From the IMG/VR virus record IMGVR_UViG_3300027707_000027, positions 1 to 49,690 of that record: a stretch of DNA of 49,690 nucleotides; one strand, given 5' to 3'. The notes beneath the pieces were generated by a model. The model worked only from the letters and a program-made list of their open reading frames with translations. It was not told the origin of the DNA and ran no database searches. Position numbers and translations under genes: made by a program. Of this stretch, positions 24,265-34,316 are shown piece after piece. The number at the start of each line of letters is the position of its first letter. Position 1 is the stretch's first letter. This DNA is from a virus. Its lineage: Duplodnaviria > Caudoviricetes.

Positions 24265-27134
24265 TGGCGTATAAAAAGATTCTTTTCCGTCGAGACACGG
24301 CTGCTGCATGGACAGCCGCAAACCCAATTCTTGCAGCTGGCGAAATAGGCCTTGAGTCAGATACCGGGAAAATAAAGCTTGGTAATGGTTCTACGGCCTG
24401 GAACTCGCTTACTTACTTTTTTGGCTCGCTACAGGGTTCAAACTATGTCCAGTCCTTGGTGGCTGGCACTGGTTTGACAATAACCGGCAACTCTGGTTCT
24501 GCGGCCACCCCAACAATCTCGCTTCCTCAATCCGTGGCTACATCGGCTTCGCCAACCTTTGCTCAAGTTTTGGTTTCAAATCTCCCAAGCGCTGATTCAC
24601 ATGTAGCAACAAAAGCCTATGTAGACGGAATTGCTTCGTCAATAAACTGGCACGATTTTGTTGTTTTTGCAACAGCAGCCGTTCTCCCTGGTACCCCAAC
24701 CTACGACAACGGTACGAGCGGTGTCGGCGCGACACTAACCGCTACAGCAAATGCACGCCTTGTAGTAGATGGACAAAATGCATCTACAGAGCAGAGAGTT
24801 CTTGTTAAGAACCAGGCTGACGCTAAGCAAAACGGTATCTATGAAGTCACCGTCCAGGGAAGTGTTTCAACTCCGTACGTTCTTACAAGAGCTGACGATT
24901 TCGACTCCGGTTCAACCTATGGAAACATAAATGCCGGCGATGCGATGTACGTCGGCGCTGGTAGTACTAACTCTGGTCAAGGTTTCTTGACAACAAGTTT
25001 TGGAACGGGAACCAACCGAGCCCACATTGTCGGTACTGATGATATTACGTTTACTCAATTCTCCGGTACCGCGACAGTTACCGCTGGCACTGGAATTACG
25101 AAAACTGGAAACACCCTTTCGATTGGTCAGGATGTTGCAACAAGTGCGAGCGTTTCGTTTGCTGCGGTAATAGGAAACTTGACTGGAGTTGCAAGTCAGG
25201 CCGCCGCGTTGCAGACGGGAAGATTAATTGGTCAAACAATATTTGATGGTACTTCCGACATATCAATTGGTACATCAGATATAACCGGATTAACCGTAAC
25301 TTCATCCGACCTGAATAAATTGTTCAATGTTGCTACAACTTCAGCACAGCTTGATTTTTTAAACACAGCAAGCGCAAACGTTCAGGTTCAATTAAACAGC
25401 AAAGCGTCATCGGAAACAACAGATAGCATATTGGCTTCCTTGGACGACAAGGCGGATTTGCTAAACCCAACTTTCTATCAAAACATTTCTGCTGGTAGTA
25501 ATGTTTATGCAAACGAATTTCACGGAAACGTTGTTGGTTACATTAGCGAAATAGGCAATCACGAACTAGACGACCTATTTGATGTAAGCGTCGCATCTCC
25601 GTCTGACGGGTATGTTCTTACATGGAATTCTTCCGCATCGGCATGGATGGCCGAAGAAACAAGTATTGGTTCGTTTAACCTTGCCGACCTCAGCGATGTT
25701 TCTGCATCTGCCAGCTCTGGTCAATACCTCAAGTACAACGGAAGTGCGTGGTCTGGTGACTTTGTGGAACTCGGTTCCGAAACATCTGGAAACTATGTAG
25801 CTTCATTAAATGCTGGAACTGGTGTGGTTCTTACAAACGCTGTTGCCGGAGAGGGTGGAACTCCTACGGTGGCTATTGGGCAAGCAGTTGGGTCTACCGA
25901 CTCCCCAGCATTTGCGGGATTGTCGATTGGCGCACAGAACCTTACTGTTAACGGAAACTTGTCTTACAGCTCAGGCACAGGATTGGCTACTCTAAATACA
26001 CTGACGGCACATGGATTGATTGTCGGTTCAAGAATCACGGTTTCCGGAGCAAACCAAGCAGGGTACAACGGAGACTTTGGAGTAACTCAGGTTGCATCTG
26101 CGAATCAAATAAAATACACCCCAGTCATAACACCATCTTCGGCTACGTCTTCAGGGAGCGTTTCCGCTTTTGCTGCTGGTGCGATAATACTTGAAGGCTC
26201 GATAGACGATATCTATGAGACACAAGTAACGCTCATTAATCCAACAGCGGACAGAGTGGTTGCTCTTCCAGATGCAACTACAATTCTCGTCGGTCAAGAC
26301 ACCACCGACACGCTTACCAACAAGACAATTACAAGCCCAGTTATTACCGGAGTTTCTCCAACACTGTTTCTTTCTGGTGACCTGTCTGGCTCTGCAACAT
26401 TTACAGACCTTGGTAATGCAACGCTAAGCGCAACCATTGAGCCCAACTCGGTTGTTATGGGTACCGACACAACTGGAAATTATGTTTCGAATCTTGTTGC
26501 CGGTACTGGTGTAGCCATTACGGACAACTCCGGTGAATCAGCCACCCCAACAATTTCTATTGGGCAAGCCGTTGGTACGAGTGCGTGCGTACAATTTGAC
26601 ACACTCGTCGTGCAAAATCTTTTTGCAACGAACACAGAGGTAACAAACCAAGCTTCCCTCAATGTGGCCAGCGGCGAAATTGTTCTAAATGCCGGCACCG
26701 CTGGCGCACCCACACTTGATGGTTCAATCAAAATTGATAGAGGTTCAAGCGCAAGCGTTGAAATTAGGTGGAACGAAACACTGGATAGATGGGAATCCAC
26801 TAGGGATGGAAGCATCTACAAAATAATCGACCAGGGCGCAAAAATGACGCTCGGCACCACCCCTCCTGACGCTCCGGATACTGGCGACTTCTGGTTTGAG
26901 ACCGACTCAGCTATTACCTTCGTTTATTACGATTCTTACTGGATTGAAATCGGTTCATCTGGTATCGGTGCCGTAATCTCATCTACCGCCCCAAGCAACG
27001 CATCTGCTGGTCAGATTTGGTTTAGGAATACAACTGGCGAGACATTCGTGTACTACGACAGTGCCTGGGAACCTATAGGTGGTAGTAGTGGCTCTGGAAG
27101 TAATGAAATTGCGTCTATCATGGGAGCGTATTAA
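24264..27134 (+). CDS. Tail fibre protein with an Mtd/hyaluronidase-type N-terminal domain
   Basis: FRRDTAAAWTAANPILAAGEIGLESDTGKIKLGNG...W..L.Y; RVLVKNQ....QNGIY domain; shares repeat modules with the 19160 fibre. Confidence 0.82.
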   Translation: MAYKKILFRRDTAAAWTAANPILAAGEIGLESDTGKIKLGNGSTAWNSLTYFFGSLQGSNYVQSLVAGTGLTITGNSGSAATPTISLPQSVATSASPTFAQVLVSNLPSADSHVATKAYVDGIASSINWHDFVVFATAAVLPGTPTYDNGTSGVGATLTATANARLVVDGQNASTEQRVLVKNQADAKQNGIYEVTVQGSVSTPYVLTRADDFDSGSTYGNINAGDAMYVGAGSTNSGQGFLTTSFGTGTNRAHIVGTDDITFTQFSGTATVTAGTGITKTGNTLSIGQDVATSASVSFAAVIGNLTGVASQAAALQTGRLIGQTIFDGTSDISIGTSDITGLTVTSSDLNKLFNVATTSAQLDFLNTASANVQVQLNSKASSETTDSILASLDDKADLLNPTFYQNISAGSNVYANEFHGNVVGYISEIGNHELDDLFDVSVASPSDGYVLTWNSSASAWMAEETSIGSFNLADLSDVSASASSGQYLKYNGSAWSGDFVELGSETSGNYVASLNAGTGVVLTNAVAGEGGTPTVAIGQAVGSTDSPAFAGLSIGAQNLTVNGNLSYSSGTGLATLNTLTAHGLIVGSRITVSGANQAGYNGDFGVTQVASANQIKYTPVITPSSATSSGSVSAFAAGAIILEGSIDDIYETQVTLINPTADRVVALPDATTILVGQDTTDTLTNKTITSPVITGVSPTLFLSGDLSGSATFTDLGNATLSATIEPNSVVMGTDTTGNYVSNLVAGTGVAITDNSGESATPTISIGQAVGTSACVQFDTLVVQNLFATNTEVTNQASLNVASGEIVLNAGTAGAPTLDGSIKIDRGSSASVEIRWNETLDRWESTRDGSIYKIIDQGAKMTLGTTPPDAPDTGDFWFETDSAITFVYYDSYWIEIGSSGIGAVISSTAPSNASAGQIWFRNTTGETFVYYDSAWEPIGGSSGSGSNEIASIMGAY

Positions 27135-27150
27135 ATGACTGGAGTAAGTA

Positions 27151-27462
27151 ATGGCTAATACAGCAAAAGTTCTTTTCAGGGGTTCGGCTAGCGTCTACAC
27201 GTCGCCTGCTACAACCCTGTACACAGTGCCATCCCTCACTACGACAGTTGTGACAAACATCGTTGTATCAAACAATGGGACAAGTGGTGGTCTCTACACA
27301 ATAAGCATTGATGGCGTCGCGCTTGTGCCTGCTTTAGAAATTCCTGCAAACTCCGTCATTTCACTCGACCTAAAACAGGTCGTTGATGCTGGCGACGTTA
27401 TAACCGGAAATGCGAATACCACAGACGTTAAATTCCATATCAGCGGGATGGAGATAGCATAA
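27151..27462 (+). CDS. Small virion structural protein
   Basis: TTLYTVPS.TTTVVTNIVVSN...FHISGMEI, beta-rich, within the structural operon. Confidence 0.7.
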   Translation: MANTAKVLFRGSASVYTSPATTLYTVPSLTTTVVTNIVVSNNGTSGGLYTISIDGVALVPALEIPANSVISLDLKQVVDAGDVITGNANTTDVKFHISGMEIA

Positions 27463-30224
27463 TGGGCCTTAATCAAATACCACCTGGCGTAACACCGATT
27501 ACACCGGAAGAAGTACTTTACGACCCAGTACAAAAGTTCCGCGTTTCACAGCCACAGTCACTCATTGACACCGACTTTGAATATGGAACACAAACCTCAA
27601 AGTGGGAAAACATGCTCACTATCGGCAATAAGCCGTTCGTGTATGCATCTAACTCTCCGATATCTGGAATCACTGCAGTAACGATGAACACATCGTCGCG
27701 TACCGTAACGGTTTCTCTGCCAAGCACCTCGGGTCTAGCGGTGGGAACACCAATTTCGGTCTCCGACACCCAGCTTGCTATTGCAAACGGAAACTACTTG
27801 ATTGAAGCCCTCACCACAAACACTTCATTCTCCTATACAGGAAAAGCTGTAAACACTGGTTCTTTGACATCAATCTTTGATACAAACAAAACTGCAGTTT
27901 ACACTGGAGTAATTTTTACTGGCGCTGCAATTGGTGGCGCACCAACCATGTCATATTCCAGCAACGCAGTAACTGTAACAACAACCGTTCCACACGGTCT
28001 GTCAATTGGAAATGAAGTTGCAATCGTTGGGGTTACCACATCTGGAACAAACCCTCCAAACGGCTCAAACTTTGTAGCAAGAATTATTAGCTCAACACAG
28101 TTCGTCGTATATGTACCAGCAACACCAACTGGAACCCTAACCGCATCATCTGCCGTTGTTTATACATCTCCTTCTGGTGTGTTTTTGCACAGACCTTTTG
28201 ACGGCGGTGTTATTTTTTCCAACAACGGAACATCAAACTACGAGACTGCTGCACGTCAATCCAGACGTTATTTCCGTTACCAATCGGGCAAGGGTATTCA
28301 GATGTCATCTGGAACACTCCTCAAGCCTGACCTCCAGCTCGACCAATTGACCTACAGCTCAGGCACAGGACTCGTAACTGTACAGACCAAGGAAAAGCAC
28401 AACCTTTACCCTGGTTCGACAATCACGATTTTCGGAGCAAACGAAGCTGGATTCAATGGAACAACTTCTGTTTACACAATTACTGGTTATAACACCTTTA
28501 CATACACTCCAGCATCCGCTCCATCAACAGCGCTGGCTTCTGGTTCTTACTACATCACCGTTTCTGGTTGGTATGGAAACGTAAACAGAATTGGTTTGTT
28601 CGACCAACAAAACGGCGTATTCTTTGAGTACGACGGTCAGACGCTATTTTCTGTTCTTCGTTCTTCAACTTTTCAGATTTCTGGAAAGTCAACATTCACG
28701 AATGGTTCATGCACGGTCACTCAGACAAACGCTGCGTTCCCAACCAGATATTCAGGACAACTTGCAATTGGCGACAATATCGTAGCCCGTGGTCAGTCAT
28801 ACAGAGTTCTTGACATAGCGAGCGATACATCAATGACCATTAGCCCTGCATATCGCGGTGCTACTGCATCAATGACAACAATCTCGCGTACGGTTGATAC
28901 AAAAGTTGCCCAAGCTGATTGGAATCTTGACAGATTCGACGGGACAGGTTCTTCTGGGTACAACGTAGACCTTTCAAGAATGCAAATGTTTTACATTGAC
29001 TATTCTTGGTACGGTGCTGGCTCCATCCGCTGGGGAATGCGCGCCACAAACGGCAAGGTTACCTATTGCCATAAGGTTGTAAACAACAACACTCGCGCAG
29101 AGGCTTACATGCGTTCAGGAAACCTTCCTGCTCGTTACGAGTCATCGTCAAACCCTCCGTACACACAGTTGACAGCATCGCTTTCAAACGTTGGTACAAC
29201 CATGACTGTTGCAAGTACGACCGGATTCCCAAGCGCAGGAACACTTTGTGTATTCAATACCGCGACTGGTTATGAGTATGTCAACTACACAGGCAAGACA
29301 AGCACAACTTTTACTGGTTTAACGAGACAGCAAACAGGAAACGCTTCACTTGCGTTGACTATTGCTTCTGGTGCAAATGACGGAACTGTTGCATCTACAG
29401 CCGGATTGCAAGTTGGACAGAGAGTTAACGCAGCTGACGTTCCAGACGGAACATTCATCCAGCAAATCTCCAACTTGAATGTTAAGTTGAGTGCTGCTGT
29501 AACTGGTGCAAACCCAACTGTAAACGTTATCCCTATGGGAACAAACGCCGCATTGGCTTTCTCTTACTCAGCAACCAACCCAGTTGGTGTTGAACTTGCA
29601 TTCCCAACATATGCGCCGTCTATCTCTCACTGGGGTACTTCAGCAATCATGGACGGAAGATTCGACGACGACAAGTCGCTCGTGTTTACATACGGAACGA
29701 CTACATCAATCGCAATTGGAGCTGGCGCTACGTCTGCAATTCTTGCAATTCGTGTTTCTCCTTCTGCTGACAACGGAACTGGTGCATTCTTTGGTGAGCG
29801 CGAACTCACAAATAGAATGCAGTTGATTCTTCGTGCTTTGGACGTAACCACAACCCTCGCTAATGCGAACTTGCTCGTAACTGCAATACTTAACGGAGTT
29901 CCATCAGCATCAAGAACCTGGGCTCGTCCTTACACAGTTACTTCGAGCTTGGCTCAAATTGCCGACTACAGCTCTGGAGGTTCTGCTGCAACAGTATCTG
30001 GCGGTGAAGTAACTGGAGGCTTCTTTGTAGGTACTGGAGCAAACTCAATTGACCTTGCAGCCGTGCGAGACCTTGGCAACTCCGTTCTTGGTGGCGGTAC
30101 AACGCTAACAACTACAGGAATTTTCCCTGATGGTCCAGACACACTCCACATTCTTGTAAGAAACCTTGGTGCTACTACGGCCAGCGTGTTTGCTCGTCTC
30201 TCTTGGACGGAAGCACAGGCCTAA
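27462..30224 (+). CDS. Large virion structural protein (920 aa) with inserted beta-barrel repeats
   Basis: RVSQPQSLIDTDFEYG.Q..KWE N-terminus, RRYFRYQSGKG and IDYSWYGAG.IRWG; VTTTVPHGLSIG-type repeats. Confidence 0.75.
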   Translation: MGLNQIPPGVTPITPEEVLYDPVQKFRVSQPQSLIDTDFEYGTQTSKWENMLTIGNKPFVYASNSPISGITAVTMNTSSRTVTVSLPSTSGLAVGTPISVSDTQLAIANGNYLIEALTTNTSFSYTGKAVNTGSLTSIFDTNKTAVYTGVIFTGAAIGGAPTMSYSSNAVTVTTTVPHGLSIGNEVAIVGVTTSGTNPPNGSNFVARIISSTQFVVYVPATPTGTLTASSAVVYTSPSGVFLHRPFDGGVIFSNNGTSNYETAARQSRRYFRYQSGKGIQMSSGTLLKPDLQLDQLTYSSGTGLVTVQTKEKHNLYPGSTITIFGANEAGFNGTTSVYTITGYNTFTYTPASAPSTALASGSYYITVSGWYGNVNRIGLFDQQNGVFFEYDGQTLFSVLRSSTFQISGKSTFTNGSCTVTQTNAAFPTRYSGQLAIGDNIVARGQSYRVLDIASDTSMTISPAYRGATASMTTISRTVDTKVAQADWNLDRFDGTGSSGYNVDLSRMQMFYIDYSWYGAGSIRWGMRATNGKVTYCHKVVNNNTRAEAYMRSGNLPARYESSSNPPYTQLTASLSNVGTTMTVASTTGFPSAGTLCVFNTATGYEYVNYTGKTSTTFTGLTRQQTGNASLALTIASGANDGTVASTAGLQVGQRVNAADVPDGTFIQQISNLNVKLSAAVTGANPTVNVIPMGTNAALAFSYSATNPVGVELAFPTYAPSISHWGTSAIMDGRFDDDKSLVFTYGTTTSIAIGAGATSAILAIRVSPSADNGTGAFFGERELTNRMQLILRALDVTTTLANANLLVTAILNGVPSASRTWARPYTVTSSLAQIADYSSGGSAATVSGGEVTGGFFVGTGANSIDLAAVRDLGNSVLGGGTTLTTTGIFPDGPDTLHILVRNLGATTASVFARLSWTEAQA

Positions 30225-30226
30225 AC

Positions 30227-31003
30227 ATGCCAGCTATTGACTTTCCTGCTGGCGCAACTTCGGGCGCACTTCATACGGATGCCGGCAAGACATGGACCTA
30301 TAACGGCTCTGGTTGGATTTTGGTAACAATTCCTACGGCTCTTTTTGACACAGGCTCTGTAGCAGGTTCTGCACTTCAAACGAACTCTGTTCCTTTGACG
30401 AAGTTGCTGAATAGCGACCCAGGTAAAGTCATTGTTTATAACGCGTCCAATGCTGCTACTGCTCAGGAATTAACTGGAGACATAGTCATCTCTCCATCTG
30501 GTGTTACTTCAATCGCATCGGCCGTAATTACTAACGACGATATTGCTGGTGGAGCGAACATAGATGCATCAAAGATTGCGGGAACAGCACTAACGCTGTC
30601 AAGCTCTGGAATCATCACAACAGACATGATTGCCGACTCAACAATTGTTGATGGCGATATAAGTCTGGTGGCTTCAATCAACAGAAATAAACTTGCAGAA
30701 CCATTGACAAACGCTCAGGCTGCTAGCTACACATTGGTGTTGGCTGACAGAAATAAGCTTGTTGAAATAGGTGTCGGAACAGCAAACACGCTCACCGTCC
30801 CACCGAACTCTTCGGCAGATTTTCCAACTGGAACCCACATTACAGTTATCCAAACCGGAGCCGGTCAGTGCACCGTAACCGCAGGCGCAGGCGTAACCAT
30901 AAATGCAACCCCAGGACTCAAACTCCGTGCGCAGTGGTCGGGTGCTACTCTAATAAAAAGAGCAGCCAATACGTGGGTGCTCATTGGAGACCTTTCGGCC
31001 TAA
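30227..31003 (+). CDS. Short fibre/adaptor protein; paralogue of the 48688 gene
   Basis: IADSTIVDGDI-type repeats and C-terminal YTLVLAD..K...TVP......FP.G..I..IQ.G.G...LRAQWS.ATL.K.AANTW.L.GDL; ATG at 30227. Confidence 0.75.
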   Translation: MPAIDFPAGATSGALHTDAGKTWTYNGSGWILVTIPTALFDTGSVAGSALQTNSVPLTKLLNSDPGKVIVYNASNAATAQELTGDIVISPSGVTSIASAVITNDDIAGGANIDASKIAGTALTLSSSGIITTDMIADSTIVDGDISLVASINRNKLAEPLTNAQAASYTLVLADRNKLVEIGVGTANTLTVPPNSSADFPTGTHITVIQTGAGQCTVTAGAGVTINATPGLKLRAQWSGATLIKRAANTWVLIGDLSA

Positions 31004-31006
31004 ATC

Positions 31007-31741
31007 ATGGAATCATTAAAAGATAGCGGTGGTAAAAAGCCAACAACACCTACGAACGTTGTTGCGACGAATACTGGCGCAGGAACAGTTGCGTCGGTAG
31101 CTTTCACCCCTTCTGATTACATTGGCAAAGGAACCGTAACCTACACCGCTACATCAAGCCCTGGAAGTCTTACTGCATCGGCTGCTAGCTCTCCAATCAC
31201 AGTAACTGGATTAACTGCTGGTACAAGCTACACATTCACCGTAGTCGCAAACACAAACTACGGTGTGGCTTCAGCTGCCGCGACAAGTAGCTCTGTTGGT
31301 ATTGGTGCAAACCCAGGTACACCAACGAGCGTCTCTGCTGCAGCAGGAAACGCGCAAGCAACTGTTACATATACTGCTGGAGCCGCAGGAACAGGCACGA
31401 CCACTTTTACTGCTACATCAAGCCCTAGTGGAATAACAGGAACTGGTGCATCACCGATAACTGTCACTGGTCTTGGGAACGGAACCGCGTATACATTTAC
31501 GGTTACGGCAGCTAACGCATTTGGTTCGTCAACATCGGCTGCTTCAAACTCCGTGACTCCGGTAGCGCCCCCATACTTTCCTCCTTACTTTCCACCCTTT
31601 TTCCCGCCGTTCTTTCCTCCATTTTTCCCTCCGTTTTTCCCACCGTTCTTCCCACCATTTTTTCCACCGTTCTTCCCACCATTTTTTCCTCCATTTTTCC
31701 CTCCTTTCTTTCCACCAGGTTTTGGTCCAGGGTTCAAATAG
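31007..31741 (+). CDS. Protein with two fibronectin type III domains and a (PPFF)n C-terminal tail
   Basis: Two P..PT.V.A...YTATSSPG...SPITVTGL..GT.YTFTV.A.N..G domains, then 14 proline/aromatic tetrapeptides. Confidence 0.88.
   Translation: MESLKDSGGKKPTTPTNVVATNTGAGTVASVAFTPSDYIGKGTVTYTATSSPGSLTASAASSPITVTGLTAGTSYTFTVVANTNYGVASAAATSSSVGIGANPGTPTSVSAAAGNAQATVTYTAGAAGTGTTTFTATSSPSGITGTGASPITVTGLGNGTAYTFTVTAANAFGSSTSAASNSVTPVAPPYFPPYFPPFFPPFFPPFFPPFFPPFFPPFFPPFFPPFFPPFFPPFFPPGFGPGFK
31568..31735 (+). repeat. 12-nt coding tandem repeat: PPYF x2, PPFF x10, PPGF, GPGF
   Basis: Direct translation; all four Pro codons and both Phe codons are used across the units. Confidence 0.95.
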
Positions 31742-31755
31742 AAACAAAATAAAAA

Positions 31756-32379
31756 ATGAATTACCGAGAACTGGTTTTTGATTTAGAAAGCCTGCCGTCT
31801 GCCGACCCATCAAATATAGTCATCAAGGAAAATTTTGTAAGTAAAGAACACCTGGCAGAGATAGCCAACTACTGCGCTTCAATAAAAGAATGGGAATCTC
31901 AAAGCGACCTGGGAACTGACAGTATTCATATCCCGGAATTAATTGAGAGAAACTCCCCTAGAATTTTTTCAATCATGCAGCAATATGTTGACAATGTTCA
32001 AAGTGAGGTTGAATACAAGTTTGGTAGAAAACTTGAAAAAACAAATCCGGGAATAAGAAAGTGGTTGCCGGGCGAATATCAAGACATTCACGCCGATGGA
32101 GAAACTGCTGGTGGGTGGCCTGGGTATAACTACATAGTCGATTACGGTTCAATCATATATTTAAATGATGAATATGAAGGCGGCGAGATATTTTTTCCAA
32201 AATATAATATCCACATACAACCCAAACCGGGAACATTAGTTTTTTTCCCATCTACAAATATGTATGCACACGGAGTCACAGAGGTTATTTCTGGGACCAG
32301 ATACACATCTCCACATTTTTGGATTCCAGTAAAACATAGAATACTGATGGATATGTCGGCCGCAGATGGACAAGAGTAA
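31756..32379 (+). CDS. Fe(II)/2OG oxygenase, prolyl 4-hydroxylase-like
   Basis: HAD...YLNDEYEGGE..FP...HGV...G.RY. Confidence 0.9.
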   Translation: MNYRELVFDLESLPSADPSNIVIKENFVSKEHLAEIANYCASIKEWESQSDLGTDSIHIPELIERNSPRIFSIMQQYVDNVQSEVEYKFGRKLEKTNPGIRKWLPGEYQDIHADGETAGGWPGYNYIVDYGSIIYLNDEYEGGEIFFPKYNIHIQPKPGTLVFFPSTNMYAHGVTEVISGTRYTSPHFWIPVKHRILMDMSAADGQE

Positions 32380-33133
32380 AAAAGAAAACTTAAAAAAGCT
32401 TTACCATCTGCATATACCAAGAACATCTGGGAAGGGGATATGCGACGCTCTATGGAAGACTTTTGATAGTCAAGGTCTTGTTGAATATTCGCCATACACG
32501 CAAGAATCAGACTTAATGTATGAGGATGAGGAAATGAGTGGACTCCCCTTCATATCTGGCCATTTTGCAAAAAATCCAATTGTGGAAAACGTAGACGGTT
32601 TTGAAGTTTTCTCAATAGTCAGGGACCCCGTAGAACACTATGTGAGCATCGCTGCTTACATTTCTGAAAGCGCTGATTTTGAAATGTCAAACGAATTCAT
32701 GGACGATTTCATGTACGGAAATGTAACCCCCTTTGGGGCCAACGAACTATTCTCAAATTCAGGGAATATACAATCAAAAATGTTATTTTGCAGAATTGCC
32801 CTTGTAGACAAGTCGTTTGTTTCCCTTAGGGATGGTGATGTTGTTAACGAAAAAAATATGGTTTTTATAGAAAGTGACATGCCGAACGAAAATGACATAA
32901 AAGACTTAATTGGTTCCATGAATCTATTCCCCCTGCCAGATAGGGAGATAGCGATTGATTGGCTTAAAGCAAGAGTGTTCAAATCTCATGGTTTTTCTTT
33001 AGACAAATCAATCCACGACATAACAAATTGTTCAAAAAAAAATGGGTTCAAACCAGACATAAGCCACATAAGAGAAATAAGACGACGTTCAGAAATAGAC
33101 GAGTACCTATATGGCTTAGTACAGGAACGATAA
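32366..33133 (+). CDS. Sulfotransferase-like protein
   Basis: HLHIPRTSG (5'-PSB-like loop), ISGHF and SIVRDPVEHYVS (3'-PB-like motif). Confidence 0.7.
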   Translation: MDKSKKENLKKLYHLHIPRTSGKGICDALWKTFDSQGLVEYSPYTQESDLMYEDEEMSGLPFISGHFAKNPIVENVDGFEVFSIVRDPVEHYVSIAAYISESADFEMSNEFMDDFMYGNVTPFGANELFSNSGNIQSKMLFCRIALVDKSFVSLRDGDVVNEKNMVFIESDMPNENDIKDLIGSMNLFPLPDREIAIDWLKARVFKSHGFSLDKSIHDITNCSKKNGFKPDISHIREIRRRSEIDEYLYGLVQER

Positions 33134-33151
33134 TTTGATAGTGTTGCAAAT

Positions 33152-33778
33152 ATGTCGTTAAGTGAAGAATCACCATGGAATATACGGCCAGGACACTTTG
33201 GGGACGGACCGGAGAATATACATGTTTTTGAAAATTTTATAGATGAAGAAGATTTAAGGGTTGTTCAAGATTTCTGCCCAACAATAAACGAGTGGAATAA
33301 CTCAAAAGAGAGCGTTTACGCCGAAGATGGAACATGCCTTTATAACGCTGATTACTGGAATGATAGGCAATGCAGCAGTGATATTCTGCAAAGACTCTCT
33401 ATGCCGGTTTTTCAAATAATTGATAAATACATCACAAAGATGCAGTTAGAACTTGAGAGAATTTACGACCTACGGCTATCCCCACGCCCACCAGTCATCA
33501 TGAAGTGGAGGCCGGGAATCGAACAGCGACCCCATGCCGACAAGCAACTAAACAATGGTGAACCCAATGCGTTTGTTGATTATGATTTGAATTCCCTGTT
33601 TTACTACAATGAAGATTTTGAAGGCGGAGAACTTTATTACCCGCAACACGACTTGACCATAAAACCAAAACCAGGGCTGGCCGTAGCCCACCCGGGAGAT
33701 GTTAATTATCTACATGGAGTCACCTTGGTTACTAAAGGGTACAGGTACACAACACCATCGTTTTATACTGTGCTGTGA
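33152..33778 (+). CDS. Fe(II)/2OG oxygenase, prolyl 4-hydroxylase-like
   Basis: HAD...YYNEDFEGGELYYP...LHGV...G.RY. Confidence 0.9.
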   Translation: MSLSEESPWNIRPGHFGDGPENIHVFENFIDEEDLRVVQDFCPTINEWNNSKESVYAEDGTCLYNADYWNDRQCSSDILQRLSMPVFQIIDKYITKMQLELERIYDLRLSPRPPVIMKWRPGIEQRPHADKQLNNGEPNAFVDYDLNSLFYYNEDFEGGELYYPQHDLTIKPKPGLAVAHPGDVNYLHGVTLVTKGYRYTTPSFYTVL

Positions 33779-33781
33779 GCG

Positions 33782-34303
33782 ATGATTCTAATTCAAAAAA
33801 ACCTAATAGAACCAAAAGAATCTGACCTAATCCTTGATTCGATTAAGGCGATAGGTTCGCCGCCCAACCTTGCAGAAGATGACCACTCAACCGGCTATTA
33901 CAGCAAATCCGCCTTACTAGAGTCCGACGTCTTCGCATACGGAATCTTCAATGAGATATGCGAGCGGGTTTTAGAGTTAGCGGAAAAAGTATTTGATTTA
34001 AGCCTAGAACTAGACCAAGCCACCCTCATTAAGGTTATTCCTGGAAACACAACTGAAGAACACGCAGATAGTCAGAATCTTGACGGAACCCCCAAAACGG
34101 GCTGTAGTAATTTTCGTATTTCGGCAGTTGCGTACCTAAATGATGATTTCACTGGTGGGGACCTAGTTTTCCCGACAATGGAACACAGATACAAACCAGT
34201 CCCAGGGGATTGTGTAATATTCCCAAGTCATTTACAATATAGCCACTATGTGGATAGCGTCTTTAGCGGGGAACGAATAAGTTTGGCAATGTGGTTCTCC
34301 TGA
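33782..34303 (+). CDS. Fe(II)/2OG oxygenase, prolyl 4-hydroxylase-like
   Basis: HAD...YLNDDFTGGDLVFP...SHYV...GER. Confidence 0.9.
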   Translation: MILIQKNLIEPKESDLILDSIKAIGSPPNLAEDDHSTGYYSKSALLESDVFAYGIFNEICERVLELAEKVFDLSLELDQATLIKVIPGNTTEEHADSQNLDGTPKTGCSNFRISAVAYLNDDFTGGDLVFPTMEHRYKPVPGDCVIFPSHLQYSHYVDSVFSGERISLAMWFS

Positions 34304-34316
34304 GTATGATGAGACA

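Noticed and set aside
19160-27134. Complete diversity-generating retroelement
   Set aside because: CLec-like and Mtd-N-like domains are present, but no reverse transcriptase or template repeat is visible in the window.
31512-31813. Minus-strand ORFs with KKWWEER and MVGRTVEK repeats
   Set aside because: They are the antisense reading of the PPFF repeat; third-position variation fits the + strand frame.
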